Counted from the stretch's first letter, positions 12,808 to 26,228 are shown. The stretch: 64,000 bases of DNA from Eledone cirrhosa (GCA_964016885.1 OZ024741.1:326988001-327052000), one strand, 5' to 3'. The notes: generated from the letters alone by a model not told the origin. Made by a program: numbers and translations.

Positions 12808-13198
12808 TATTAATAAGGGGAATTCCAACTTTGTCTGACTTACTCGTTTTATTTACAATCCTTTAAAATATATATAATGGTATTATAATGAAATAGTATG
12901 ATAGAATATTAAATTCTAAGTGTTAATTGAACAAGTACTTTCATGCTTTCGCAATCTTCAGGTTCATGATATGTGGTGACAGTCGAGTTTGCAATTTTCA
13001 ACAGTTGAAAATTGCAAACTCGACTGTCACCACATATCATGAACCTGAAGATTGCGAAAGCATGAAAGTACTTGTTCAATTAACACTTAGAATTTAATAT
13101 TCTATCATACTATTTCATTATAATACCATTATATATATTTTAAATGATTGTAAATAAAACGAGTAAGTCAGACAAAGTTCGAATTCCTCTTATTAATA
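12808..13198. repeat. Near-perfect palindrome, ~195-bp arms, 1-nt centre at 13003
   Basis: ...GAGTTTGCAATTTTCAAC A GTTGAAAATTGCAAACTC...; few mismatches between arms. Confidence 0.95.
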
Positions 13199-13248
13199 TT
13201 ATATATATAGTGATGTGAGGAAAACCACAGACCCTCCATCTCAACTCA

Positions 13249-13286
13249 CCTTTTGAAAAGCAGAAGAACTGCGAAACCGGTAAAGG
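13249..13286 (+). ncRNA. Minimal hammerhead with U3-A8 core variant, within a ~150-bp repeat (13213-13360)
   Basis: CCTT TTGAAAA GCAG-AAGAA-CTGC GAAA CCGG TA AAGG; copies at 48281-48318(-) and 51028-51064(+). Confidence 0.75.
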
Positions 13287-13355
13287 AACCAAATAAATAT
13301 ATATATTTTTAAAAAAAATAAGACTTCAGTTGCATTTTCGATTTCATCTCTTTTT

Positions 13356-13394
<39 letters not shown>

Positions 13395-13789
13395 TATATA
13401 TTATATATATATGTTTATATATATACATATATATTATACAGATAGTTATTAGTCACTGATACAAAATACATTTCAATGAAAAGATAGCTAAAAATTATCT
13501 ATTCAGAGTAGAGTGGAATAACTTATACAAAATTACTGACGGTTAGATTCCTAGTAAAGTAACCTAAAATAAAACACCTTCACCATTAATCTCTCCTTTA
13601 CTGCACTTTCAATAACCAAGAAGAAGCCTTACTAGGAGTCTACCCGCCTGTTATTTTGAACAAGTTATTCTATATGTATATAATATTATTTCAATCATAT
13701 TACACCATAGATTGCTCAATGCATATGCAGGCTAAAACCTATATTTTGCAGAGCTTCATTTATAAAACATTATATTTAGTTATAATAAC

Positions 13790-13985
13790 AAAGGGCGGTG
13801 GATTGGCAGTATTGGTAGAGGGTCGGGCGCCATGCTTTGAAGCATAGAGTTACCTTCCTTTATGATCTGAGTTCAAATCCCGCCGAGGTTAATTTTGCCT
13901 TTCATCCTTACGGGGTCGATAAAATAAAGTACCAATAATGCACTGGGATAATTGCTGGCCTGGTGCCAAAAGTAGAAACAATTAT
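13790..13985 (+). mobile_element. tRNA-derived SINE, family A, full length with TSD
   Basis: A box TGGCAGTATTGG, B box GAGTTCAAATCC; flanked by repeated TTATATTTAGTTATAATA. Confidence 0.9.
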
Positions 13986-15053
13986 ATTTAGTTATAATAT
14001 TATATAACAATAATATAAATAATATTTAGTTATAATAATATAGATCATATTAAAATTATGCATTGTAAATAAACATATATTTTAAAAGAAAACAACATAT
14101 ATTTTAAAAGAAAACAACATAATTTGTCTTACTTTTCATTCTTACATGAATTCTAAATAATTCTAAATCAACATTTTAGAATCCCGTTGTCAGATCATGG
14201 AGATCGTGTGGCAAATAGACAAATATTGATGTACGATCATCGCGATATAGAATGATATTACACTTATCATATTACTACAACTTCTAATAATTCATGATTT
14301 ATTTTATTGTATTATTATATTTATTTATTCAAATATTTACATAATAAAAATATTTATATAAGACAGATATCAATTCACTATTTACACTTACATTGTTAAA
14401 ACTACTTCACGCTTAGTTGTTTTTCGCATTTCGATTACCTGATATTTTTTCTTAGTTATTTATCTACCAGAGGTTGTTACGTGGAGTTATCAAAGGAGAT
14501 ATGTTATGTTTCATTCTCGTTCCAATTACCCGGAGCGTCTTTATCTGTGTTACGCCAGCTATTATCTCCAAGCAATATTATATTTCATATTTGCGTCGCA
14601 TCTATCCTTATTGCAATTACGGCTTGTCTTATATATATAGATATGTAAATAAATATTCATATATATATATAGTAATAATTATAAATGTGAAGACTAAAAT
14701 CCGAAGAGAGCTCGATATTTATATAGAGGTTGCGCAGAGCGGAGAGCTCAGCCCGCGCAATGTTAGAGCTACGGGAATGGTGGTGGAAACGGAACCGGTT
14801 CAATTTCTATCGATTCTAATCGACTCGAAATGGTTCAGGTTAGTCTTCAAATTTTTTGTATTTATCGTTGTTGTGGTATAAGTATGGCCACTGTATTCGG
14901 GCGTTTTTCTTGCTGTCACACCTTATAACTGTTGTGTATTACTGTGGACGATAATGTTTAGCTTCTTGATCTAATGAGGGGTTTGTGATTGCCACAAACA
15001 ACTCGATTAGTACTTGCTATATCGTACCAACAGTTTGGATTCATATCCAATAC

Positions 15054-15086
<33 letters not shown>

Positions 15087-15092
15087 TTAAAA

Positions 15093-15250
15093 CGAAGAAA
15101 GTGTAATAAGGAACCAGGTGGACCCTAACGCACCAGAGTACTCGATATTTAGGGTAGTAGAGTGGGTAATAGGAAAAGAGTCATCACAGACGGCTGAGCT
15201 CCAGCCGTTTCGACAGCTCAAAACGGGCCGGAGCTCAGCCGTCGGGGTAC
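15093..15250. repeat. Dispersed repeat; diverged opposite-strand copy at ~18565-18688
   Basis: AAGGAACCAGGTGGACCCTAACGCACCAGAGTACTCGATATTTAGGGTAGTA versus reverse complement at ~18620-18672; internal hairpin GACGGCTGAGCTCC/GGAGCTCAGCCGTC. Confidence 0.75.
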
Positions 15251-15261
15251 TGAATATTTCC

Positions 15262-15335
<74 letters not shown>

Positions 15336-15347
15336 CCCCCCCCCCCC

Positions 15348-15390
<43 letters not shown>

Positions 15391-15553
15391 TAATTGAATT
15401 ACAATTTAGCTTCAGGAATATTTGTATATAGATATGTATTGAAATTTCATATTGCAGAAGAAATACTGTATATTTAAAACAAACATTTAGAGCACCGTAG
15501 ATATGCCAAAACACAAGTGCCATCTGGCGGTGTCCAGCAGAAGTAAGGGGTAC

Positions 15554-15601
15554 GAACGTGGATGCGCATTTCGAACTGAACTGTTTCTCATCAGCATGAT
15601 C
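15554..15601 (-). ncRNA. Minimal type I hammerhead
   Basis: Minus strand: GATCATG CTGATGA GAAAC-AGTTCA-GTTC GAAA TGCGCA TC CACGTTC; palindromic stem III, AUC site. Confidence 0.65.
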
Positions 15602-16222
15602 AACCCCACTCTTGCAACAGCTGGACTTTGAAAACAGGCAAGAACATGTTTTTTTGGTTTGTGTAAATGAGGTGATTAATCTCATTTGCTTATGAAGTTG
15701 TATAAGTTGGCTCAACTTATAATAGAATATCATTTTAATTTATCTTCATATATATAGATATACATATATATGAAGGTAAATAGATATATATATACATATA
15801 CATGTACATATACATACACACACATACACACATATATATATATATGTGTGTGTGTGTATGTGTGTGTTTGCGCAAATATATGCGAGTGTAAGTTAGCATT
15901 GGTGCCTTGATGTATTTATTGATGTCTTTGTTGTCAATGACATGTATACAAGAATAATAAAAATATACAATTTCTAATTCTACAAATAAGAACCCATGCA
16001 GAATCAACTTACGTTCTCTGTTGTTTTTTTAAATGTAATTAATATTCAAGTTACAGAACGTTTATAATCTTCATATCTATTAATCTGATTTGCATGTGGT
16101 GTGTACTGTTAATAAAAATTCTACCCTACGTCTTCTAAACACCGAGAACACTAATTAATGATTTGGTGTCTTAAAAACTGAAATTTTGCTTCATGTCTGT
16201 AATATATATCTCATATATAGAC

Positions 16223-16289
<67 letters not shown>

Positions 16290-16752
16290 GGGGGGGGGGT
16301 GTCTGTGTGTATATATGTGTTTATTCATCTTGAATTATATATATTACACACACACATTCTTCAGAGCATATTAAAACAAAAATTGGATTTGATGGAAGAA
16401 TTTTAGAAAGTATAAACAAAATAAGAAGACATTAACGGTGTGAAAACATATACGGATAGTGACTATTATGTAATGAAGTAGCAAGAAATCCTAATGAAAG
16501 GAAGCTACAGCAGAGGAAGACCATGGAAGACCGGAGCAAATGTGGTGGAAGCTGATACTAAAATAGTGAACCGCACAGATGTGCCCTTCACTTAAAGTTC
16601 ACCATCCCTATATGTTAAAGTTAGCAATAGGGCACATGTATAACATATACCCATGTATATCATCTGAAAATATGTGACGGTCATGGAAGCACATATACGT
16701 AGGGGTACACCAACACTCCTTCTCTATAATATATATGTATATATATATACAT

Positions 16753-16828
<76 letters not shown>

Positions 16829-17066
16829 CACCTTGAAACATTAAACCGCGAAAACCGTTGCGAAAACTGTTGTAACGCGTTAGATGGCGCTCCGCCATCA
16901 GTTTTGAAACACATAGCTGAAAACTATCAGGATATTTATTTATAAACATACCGTATATCGCCAGACATACAACTTCACGCATTACATATATATATGTATA
17001 TATGAATATATAGATATCACCCCCCCCCCCGCCACGTACACACATATATATATTTATATATACATA

Positions 17067-17881
17067 TACAGGATGTCGTCAATCAATTCTAGCGGTCTCT
17101 CGCATACATTCATAATCTTCTCTGGCTTCTTAATATTCTCTACCTGATACTTCGTCTTAATCTCATTGATTCTTAGCCCCACACTCATCGACACAGTCTC
17201 CACATGTCGCATCAACTCCTCTGCCTTCTTCACTGTATTTGTCACCCGAACTATGTCGTCAGCAAATTCAGCATCTGATATATTTTTCGCACTAACTCAC
17301 CTGCTCTGAGCCAATGCTACAGTAAAGCCAGAGTCCTGGTGCTTCTCCAGCGCAAGGAACATACAATAGTTACTGACGATGTTACTGATCCTCCACTGAT
17401 TCGGGACAATTCCTTTCTCCCGTGCCTGGTTACAGAACTCCAGGATGATATCAAATCCCACCTCTTCTTCACCTCTTCAACATCTCTTCGTCACCTCTGA
17501 TGCCACTCTATCCTCTCCATGAGCCTTGCCCTCCTTGATCTTCTTTTGGGCACACTGAAGCTCCTCTCTGGTGAAGGGTCCTGTCTCAATATCCAGTTCC
17601 TCAAACAGTTGAGAGATCTCCCAGGTGTTCTGGGATGTGGAGGGCGACTCTCCTAATAGGGTCCAAAAATGGTCCAGCCATTTCCTCTTCCTATCCTGGG
17701 GCTCAATCCCCTAGATCTGAAACGAACCCCCTCTCTTCCTCTCTTTGATCTTGTTGATTATCGTCCAGCTCTCTTTACACCTAGACCAGTCAACCGCTCT
17801 CTCTACACTTTTTTCTATCAGCACCTCCACTCTGGCTTCAGTGTAAGCGGTACAGAGTTGTACCTTCATCGCCTCTATTCT
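17067..17881 (-). pseudogene. RTE-clade LINE RT fragment (inverted 5' part)
   Basis: Minus-strand translation includes GPFTREEL...KEGKAHGED, GIVPNQW, DAEFADDIV, VGLRINEIKTKY, ELIDDILY; has stops and a deletion. Confidence 0.85.
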
Positions 17882-18295
17882 CACAGAGGATGGTATGATT
17901 GCGAGGAAGAGCAAAGCCTGTGCGGCGTGCCGCAGTTTGAGATCGGTGTGGAAGTCTGACCTTCGTAAAAACCTGAAGATCCGTCTCTTCATTGCTACAG
18001 TGGAATCTGTGCTACTGTACGGGTCTGAGACTTGAACACTGACCATGAAACTCACTCAGATGTTGGATGGGTGCTACACAAGAATGCTGTGGATGGCTCT
18101 GAACATTAAGCAGTATATACTGAGGATGGAGCACTCACAGCTGTACGGGAGCCTCCCAAAAGAGAGCTCGAAAGTATCACAAAGGACACTGAGGTTAGTG
18201 GACATGCTCACCGACATTCAGAGTTGACATTGCACTCAATGCTCATGTGGGAGCCCCTGCACATCCATGGATCTCGGGAATTTTCCCCGCCTTAT
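17882..18295 (+). pseudogene. RTE-clade LINE 3' part
   Basis: TEDGMIARKSKACAAC...KIRLFIATVESVLLYGSET*TLT...LDGCYTRMLW; ends GATCTCGGGAATTTTCCCCGCCTTA then (TA)n. Confidence 0.85.
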
Positions 18296-18307
18296 ATATA
18301 TATATAG

Positions 18308-18470
18308 TGTTATACTTGGGGAGGGTCATATTGTTATAATATTGCCAGTAATAATAACACACTCACTGTTTGGTCTGGGTTGGTTTTCGCTTGTGTATCT
18401 TTTATATCTCCATAGTTAATTCATCTGACAATCAATATTTATCATTTCATAATTGAGTGACCAACGGCTA
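18308..18470 (-). mobile_element. PLE terminal-repeat fragment
   Basis: GTTATACTTGGGGAGGGTCATAT...ACACACTCACTGTTTGG matches 24300-24400 and, inverted, 25430-25533. Confidence 0.75.
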
Positions 18471-18517
18471 TATATATGTATATATATATATCTATACATC
18501 TATATCTATATAGATGT

Positions 18518-18556
<39 letters not shown>

Positions 18557-19616
18557 AAAAAGTATGACCCCGACGGCAGAGCTCAAGCCGTTTTGACGGC
18601 TATTTCTGGACTATTTATTACTACCCTAAGTATTGAGTACTCTGTTGCGTTATGGTCCATCTGGTTCCTTACCACAACTCCTTCGTTATATATATATATA
18701 TATATTAGCTATATGTATTATATATATTGTGTATATATATAAATGTGTGTGTGTCTGTGTATGTATCAGCGCCGGTGTCGCTGTTTGCGTTCGAGTGCAA
18801 ACGGTTCCAACCATAAGTGTTCTGTATATTTCTTCCAATAAAGTTATGTCCCTTCCTTCATGTTTCGGAGAATAAGCATGCGGCTCAGGAGTGGCTTAAT
18901 ATCTTATCAGTTTTCTGATAGAATTATGAAACTTTACAGGCTATTTAACACCTTACATGCTACAGGTGATAGTTAAGCTGTTGACTTACAATTGTAAAGT
19001 GAAATACTAAGAGTGTGAGGGACAAACGTACAAGTGGAGTCATCATCACAGAATAGTTAAAGAGTTTCATTTACTATCTTAAGGACCCGGGATCGATCCT
19101 ATTGTGTGGAATCTTGGGTAATGAAAAGAACAAGTAGAGGCTGCATTTCACTGCTATAGGAGGTCCGTGATTTAACGGAGAATTTACAGCGTCGATCGGA
19201 ATACCTTGCAGTGTCTGTTTGGCTCAGTGCATTAGGACCTCAAATCCCGCCCCCTGTTATCAGAGAAATGGAGACATGTTTAAACACTGGGAGCTCTATA
19301 ATCAAAATAGCTAAGTAATATATTATGAGATGAAACTTCATAGGAGAATGTCTAAACAACCACAGTTGACTGTTGTACAAAATAAGCAAACCATAGCTAC
19401 TAGTACTCGTGCTAGTGAGAAAGGATTTACGCAGTAGGTGAACCCGCTGTGAATGAAAACCATATCTCCCTCCCACGATCTTAAAGAAAGGGTTGACTAA
19501 TAGGTTAAACTTATACTTGATTCATTGTTTGAACACTAAATGATCATCCTTGAAGTGTACGGCTCGTATTGAAAGAACTTAAACCCTCCCATTACAGCTG
19601 CTATTAATACTGACAT

Positions 19617-19667
<51 letters not shown>

Positions 19668-20138
19668 AGCCATACGGAGTTGACTCATTATTTAGTCGTA
19701 GGAGCACGGTTGACATATAGGGCGTGTCTTCTTGTCCCTTGTTTGAGGATATGTAGAGAGGGAGAGATTTAGAGATAGGAATTGACCCCAGTACGTGATA
19801 GGCCATTTGTATATCGACCTACAAAAGATGAAAGGGAAAATTGGCTTCGACAGGATTTGAGCATAGAAGATAACGGGACTGAATACCACATAACCTATCT
19901 CAAGTTCTATCAACTGTGCCAATTCATCACTTATTTCGCTACTCGGTTCATAACATAGAAACATATCCTTAAATCACACACGATCAATGCAGTTCTCCTG
20001 AAAAGGCGAAGTGAAGATATTTGTTACGACGATGGAGAGGGCATAAATATATATATATGTATGTAGGAGGAATAAATATATATATATATGTATGTTTATA
20101 TATGTATATATATATATACATACATATATGTATATATG

Positions 20139-20172
<34 letters not shown>

Positions 20173-20236
20173 TCTATATATAGAGATACACACACACACA
20201 AATATATAAGTATATAATATATACACATACACACAG

Positions 20237-20275
<39 letters not shown>

Positions 20276-20313
20276 GAGAGAGGGAGAGATATAGGGATAG
20301 AAAGAGAGAGAGA

Positions 20314-20376
<63 letters not shown>

Positions 20377-20686
20377 CGGGTTTAAAATTCAGAATTCCTT
20401 GTTGGTTGTCGCAGTAACGCTTCACGAAGCTTGTGGCATGAAAAAATCTACTTATCTATCCAATTTGTTGGAGAGATACATCTGCCTGTTCTCCATAGAT
20501 TTCCGCACATTTCCATGTAGAATGAATGAGAGTTACAATAGATACATATTCTATTTTGTTGCATAGTCTTCATTGGTGCCATTTTGAGTAGTTTATTGTG
20601 GGTTTTTATCCCCGTCCAACCTCCTTCTCTATCTCTACTATCGCTTGATCTCTCTCTCTCTACTTCGCACTCTCTTTACACACACA

Positions 20687-20771
<85 letters not shown>

Positions 20772-20834
20772 ATGTGTGTGTGTGTGTGCGTGTGTCTATA
20801 TATGTATATAATATAAATACTTACGGACATATAT

Positions 20835-20890
<56 letters not shown>

Positions 20891-21013
20891 TTATTTATTC
20901 ATATGTATATCATTATTTCTTCTCTGGTATTAACTATATCAAAACTGATTTTACGTATAAGGGGAGCGAAAGAAAATGGCATAATCTGCCTCGAAACCCA
21001 ATATATATAGATA

Positions 21014-21084
<71 letters not shown>

Positions 21085-21739
21085 CAATTCTCTGGCGCCA
21101 TAATGCCAAATAAAAATCTGCATCTAAGATTAGTGATTATATATGATCAACAAAATAATTTCCCTGGAGATCTTGTCAAGATGTAACCTAGGGAATTACA
21201 TATAATCCCTACACACTCTTTTATAAACCAAATGAAATTCTGGGATTCTTGGTTTAAATGATGATAGAAAAGTAAAATACATTTGTAAAAAAAATGTATA
21301 TGTATTCATATGGGATGCTAAGAATTCGAAATTTAAATAAATTCTGTGTACGGGAAGAAGAATAAAAAATAACTAACATTGTGTTTCGAGAATATGTTTA
21401 GAATAAATAATGTAATTCTACTCCAGTTAATGTTGACTCCTTTGCTTTTTTATAGTTATTTTTTCATCTTACGTGCAAGTCCTACTATTTTTTATCTCTC
21501 TCTCTCCATATATATAACCCTGAAAAAAATACCACGGAGGCGGAGGGGGTATTTATATCGAGGATTTTGCCTACCGCAATTTTCAATTTGTCTAGCTATT
21601 TAAACGTATGTTCTTACTCTAAGGACCTACCCTTATTGTGTGCTTTGCTACTCATTCCTTATTGTAGGTCGACTCTGCTTGGCGACAGCCAAACCTTCGA
21701 TATACTAAGATTCCATTTATATATATAAATATATATATA

Positions 21740-22057
21740 TAATAACTAGAAATTGATTAACATATAAATAAACATGAATAATCACAGGAGATAAATTTTA
21801 CAAGTGTGTAACCACAAATAGCTAGGTAGGTAACTAAATAAAGTTGACCAGAACTTCAAAAATAGATACCATTATAATATGATTAATCATATGATTAATC
21901 ATAATATGATTAATCATATTATAAGGTAACTATTTTTGATGTTCCAGCCAACTTTATTTAGTTACCTACCTAGCTATGTGTGGTTACACACTTGTAAAAA
22001 TTATCTCCTGTGATTATTCATGTTTATTTATATGTTAATCAATTTCTAGTTATTATA
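21740..22057. repeat. Fold-back palindrome, ~145-bp arms
   Basis: ATAATAACTAGAAATTGATTAAC... mirrored by ...GTTAATCAATTTCTAGTTATTAT; centre made of repeated ATATGATTAATCAT. Confidence 0.9.
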
Positions 22058-22179
22058 AAATGGTCGGACCTACTCGTTAGAATCTTAGAGCTTATTTTCC
22101 GGGTGATATGGCGCATGTCTTTCTGGCATGACACCCATAATTTTGATTTAGATTAAATTCATTTAATTTATCTTAATTT

Positions 22180-22260
<81 letters not shown>

Positions 22261-22262
<2 letters not shown>

Positions 22263-23288
22263 CATCGACGACTGTATCGGAGCCACGACTCTAACCCGAG
22301 AACTGCTCGACCTTTTTCTCTCCTTCTTCTGCTCCTTCCACCCGTCCCTCCACTTCACCACCTCTATCTCCACCACCCACGTCCACTTCCGAAGACATCT
22401 CCATCGCCATCGGCCCCTCCCACCGCTCCCTCGCCACCTCCGCCTTCTTCAAACCCAACGACTCCCACTCCTACCTCGACTTCACCTCCTCCCATTCTAC
22501 ACACACAAAACACTCTATTCCCTACTCCAAACTCTTCCGGATCCGCCGCCTCTGCAGCCGAGATGCTAACTTTGAGTCCCAGGCACTTTCCTTAGTCAGC
22601 CATTTCATCCGGAGAGGTTACCACACCTCCCTCGTCCACATCGACCTCACATGCGCCGGTGTTGCCCACCGCTCTACCGCCCTCACCCCACGCTACCGCA
22701 CACCCACCCATCGTATCCCCTTCCCCATCACCTACCACGCCTCCACCATACCCCTCCACCGCACCATCCTGCGCCTCTTCCGACGCCTAAAGTCCGATCC
22801 TTCCACCTCCCACATCTTCCCATCTCCACCCTCCCCTCCTTCAAACGCACATGCAATCTCCACACCCTCCTCGTCCGCAGCTCACTAACCTCCCCCCCGT
22901 TCCGTTCCCTGCTCTAGGCCTCGTTGCTACACCTGCCCCCACATCACCCACACCACCACCTTCCAGGGTCCCAACGGCCACTCTCTCTCTGTCCGGCACG
23001 CCTTTCGCTTAACCTCCTCCAACCTAGTCTACGGAATTCGCTGCACGGAGTGCAGCGCAATCTACGTCGGACGGATTGGACGTCGCCTGGCGGACCGTTT
23101 CACCGAACACCTCCGAGATATTTGTCTCGGCGGAGTTCCCCCACCGCCCACCACTTTGGCTCCCCTGGACATACCGCCCACCACCTCACAGTCTGTGGTC
23201 TACTCCAATGCCACCCGCCTCACGGTCGAACAACGCACCCTACATACCCCCCCCTCCTGGCCTGAACTCCCCACCCCTATTCCTTTAG
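22261..23288 (+). pseudogene. 5'-truncated PLE: RT C-terminal part, Cys linker, GIY-YIG (Neptune-like), frameshifted
   Basis: YIDDCIG; KPNDSHSYLDFTSSHSTHTKHSIPYSKLFRIRRLCS; PCSRPRCYTCP; NLVYGIRC...YVGRIGRRLADRFTEHLRDI; PPGLN. Confidence 0.9.
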
Positions 23289-23513
23289 CCTTCCTCCGCC
23301 CTGTTTCTCTCCACACATCCCCCTAACACCACCAACACACTTCGCCTTTTCATCTCCCCACCCCACAACTAACAATAATAACACCCAAACTCCACCCCGG
23401 CCCCTCCCCAACTAACGATACTAACATCCCCAACCCTCCCCCTATCACGTACACACCCACCTGTACATATTTGTACTGCCTCTCTGTTTTTGTTCCAGTT
23501 CAAGTTTTCACTA

Positions 23514-23604
<91 letters not shown>

Positions 23605-23610
<6 letters not shown>

Positions 23611-24230
23611 ATGGATTCTTTTACAATGGAATTAGCTCGAAGGAGGAAAATACCCACTGAGCCGTGTATAAACTAATATATATGTGATGAAACACAGATA
23701 CCAACACATCTGTATATATATTGCAAAATAAAATTTAGCCAGATTGAAGTATACTAATTATTATACTACAGTTTGTCCATATCGATTTAAAATAATAAAT
23801 CAACAAAGACGAACTGCATTGCCAAGAGGCTATGATGTTTAGACACATTTAAATTTCAAAATCAAACCTGTTCCGTAGATAAGTTTAAACTTTAAAATCC
23901 CAATATGTTTCGAGTTAAATAAGTGTAGGAATATCATGTCCTGCTCGCCTCAGTAAACATCCAGGGACAAATTGATATGCTTCACTTCTAAATAATTTAA
24001 AAGACTGCGTGACGCACATAACCGTACTGCTAGAAATAACAGTCGTATATATGAGGCGGCTTTCAGCTCAGACTAGGAGCAGTTATTAATAAGGTAATGG
24101 ATTCTTATACAATGATATTAGCTCGAAGGAGGAAAATACCCACTGAGCCGTGTATAAACTAATATGTATGTGATGAAACACAGATACCAACACATCTGTA
24201 TATATATTGCAAAAGAAAATTTAGCCAGAT
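23605..24230 (+). mobile_element. Structured tandem element family S, 486-bp unit x ~1.3
   Basis: AAGGTAATGGATTCTT at 23605 and 24091; blocks shared with 28411-30028 and 51309-52760; strand tentative. Confidence 0.75.
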
Positions 24231-24298
24231 ACAGTTTATATATATATATATATATAGTTTTGCGTGGTTTTTTATATGAAATCGTGTGTCGAAACAAA

Positions 24299-25535
24299 TA
24301 TTGTTATACTTGGGGAGGGTCATATTTGTGTAATATTGCCAGAATTAATAACAGAACACACTCACTGTTTGGATGGTTTTCGCTTTTCGCTTCTGTGTCT
24401 TTTACAGAGATACCAGAGTGTCATGTTTGTGGACGCTACCCCTGGAGGGAAATTAGCTAACCAGTGTCGAAAGGTCCTGAGAAAGACCCACTTAAAGATT
24501 AAGGTGGTAGAAAAGCCAGGAACCACCATAAAATCCCTGATCAGCAAAACCTACCCTTTTAAGAAAACCCACTGTACTAATAGGAAATGTATCATATGTA
24601 AGGTAAACCCCCGGATAAACTGTAAAACTAGAAACGTAGTCTATAGCATAAGATGTACAGAGGGTACTTGCAGAAACATGACAACAACATACATAGGCGA
24701 GACAGCTCGTAGCATAGGTGAAAGGATAGACCAACACTGGGGGGAACTAAAAGGACGAAAAAACGGTTCAGTACTTTACGAACATGCCAGACAACAACAC
24801 GACGGTAAAATAGACAACATAGAAATTAGAATAATATCTAAACATAGAAATGACCCAGCAGATAGGCAAATCAGAGAGGCCAGTGAAACAGAACTTAGAA
24901 GGCCAAGACTAAACAGAAAGAATGAATGGAATAACAACAACACCCAAACAAACAATACTGACCTAAGAGAAGTATAAATAAATAAATAAATAGATAAATA
25001 AATAAATAAATAAATAAATAGATAAATAAATAAATAAAAAATACATATACAAGCACAATAACAACAAACACTAGGAAACACACACTAGTAAACATAGAAT
25101 ACATTAACCAATACACAGTCACCCAATCACGAACACACATCAAACAAAACACTATACACACACGCAAACGCATGCGCAAAGAAGACAAAATAAAATAAAC
25201 AAACAAACAAATAAATAAATAAATATATAAACAGACTAAATAAAGATGGCGTAGACTTACAATGTAACGGGAGGAAACAATAGCACCACTGACGATGTTG
25301 CAGATGTGCAACGAAATAACTTTGATAAACTATATATATGTGTTTGTTTCTATATTGTATCTGTATTATTTTTGACCGTTGGTCAGTCAATGGCAACATT
25401 GAGGACCGAATAAATTAGATTACCGATATAAAAGACACAGAAGCGAAAAGCGAAAACCAACCAAACAGTGAGTGTGTTCTGTTATTAATTCTGGCAATAT
25501 TACACAAATATGACCCTCCCCAAGTATAACAATAT
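24299..25535 (+). mobile_element. 5'-truncated PLE with inverted terminal-repeat copy; GIY-YIG coding ~24415-24977
   Basis: CTNRKCIIC...NCKTRNVVYSIRC...YIGETARSIGERIDQH...RQIREA...PRLNRKNE; 24299-24405 is the reverse complement of ~25430-25535. Confidence 0.9.
25285..25326 (+). ncRNA. Minimal hammerhead in PLE 3' repeat
   Basis: CTGACGA T GTTGCA-GATG-TGCAAC GAAA TAAC TT; stem II covaries with 50365-50407 (GTCACA/TGTGAC). Confidence 0.65.
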
Positions 25536-26228
25536 ATATATATATATATACACTTACACATGCACACGAGCTGAAAATAATTGTTCATATCAACGGGTTA
25601 AGGACATATATAAAATCAATTAGTGGTCACTTCTTCATTCTTAATTCCCTAGGGAACATGAGTCGCCAAGTAACATTTGTAGAAATTCAAGACATGTATG
25701 TATGCATATATATAAATCTATAAATGCACGTACATATACAGAAATACGCACACTCCAAGATATATATATTGAGTGAGCGTGAAAGACTCATTAAGGTCAT
25801 TATTGAAGGTCATTATTGAAAGTCTCCTAATGTGTATACTTTTGTTGGAGAAGATAAGAACGGTTACTTGCATACTCTACGCTAAATAACAGTATACTAT
25901 ACATTCACAATTATTTAAAAATTCCATTATAACATTCAGTATTAAAATTTAGTATTACTGTGTAATGCCAGTAATATGTACTATAATTAATAAAAAAAGT
26001 ACACGTTTTTTCCACAAACACAGTTTTGTTTTCACTTATGTATTTTTTGAAAATGTTATTTATTCATTATACAAATTATGAAACAATTTTATATATGGTT
26101 GGGTCCCCTTTATCGCCTGGCAACCAATATTTTTAGACCCAGTCCGCCACTGTATATATGTGTGTGTATGTTTGTGTGTGTGTGTATGTGTGTGTGTATG
26201 TATGTGTGTGTATGTGTGTATGGGTGTA

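Noticed and set aside
15517-15531. CCGCCAGATGGCAC (minus strand), CTCF-like site
   Set aside because: A single short motif match near a probable repeat; not supportable without binding data.
24264-24414. N-terminal ~50 aa of the 237-aa ORF
   Set aside because: Read-through of the inverted terminal repeat; real coding similarity starts at about SVMFVDATPGG.
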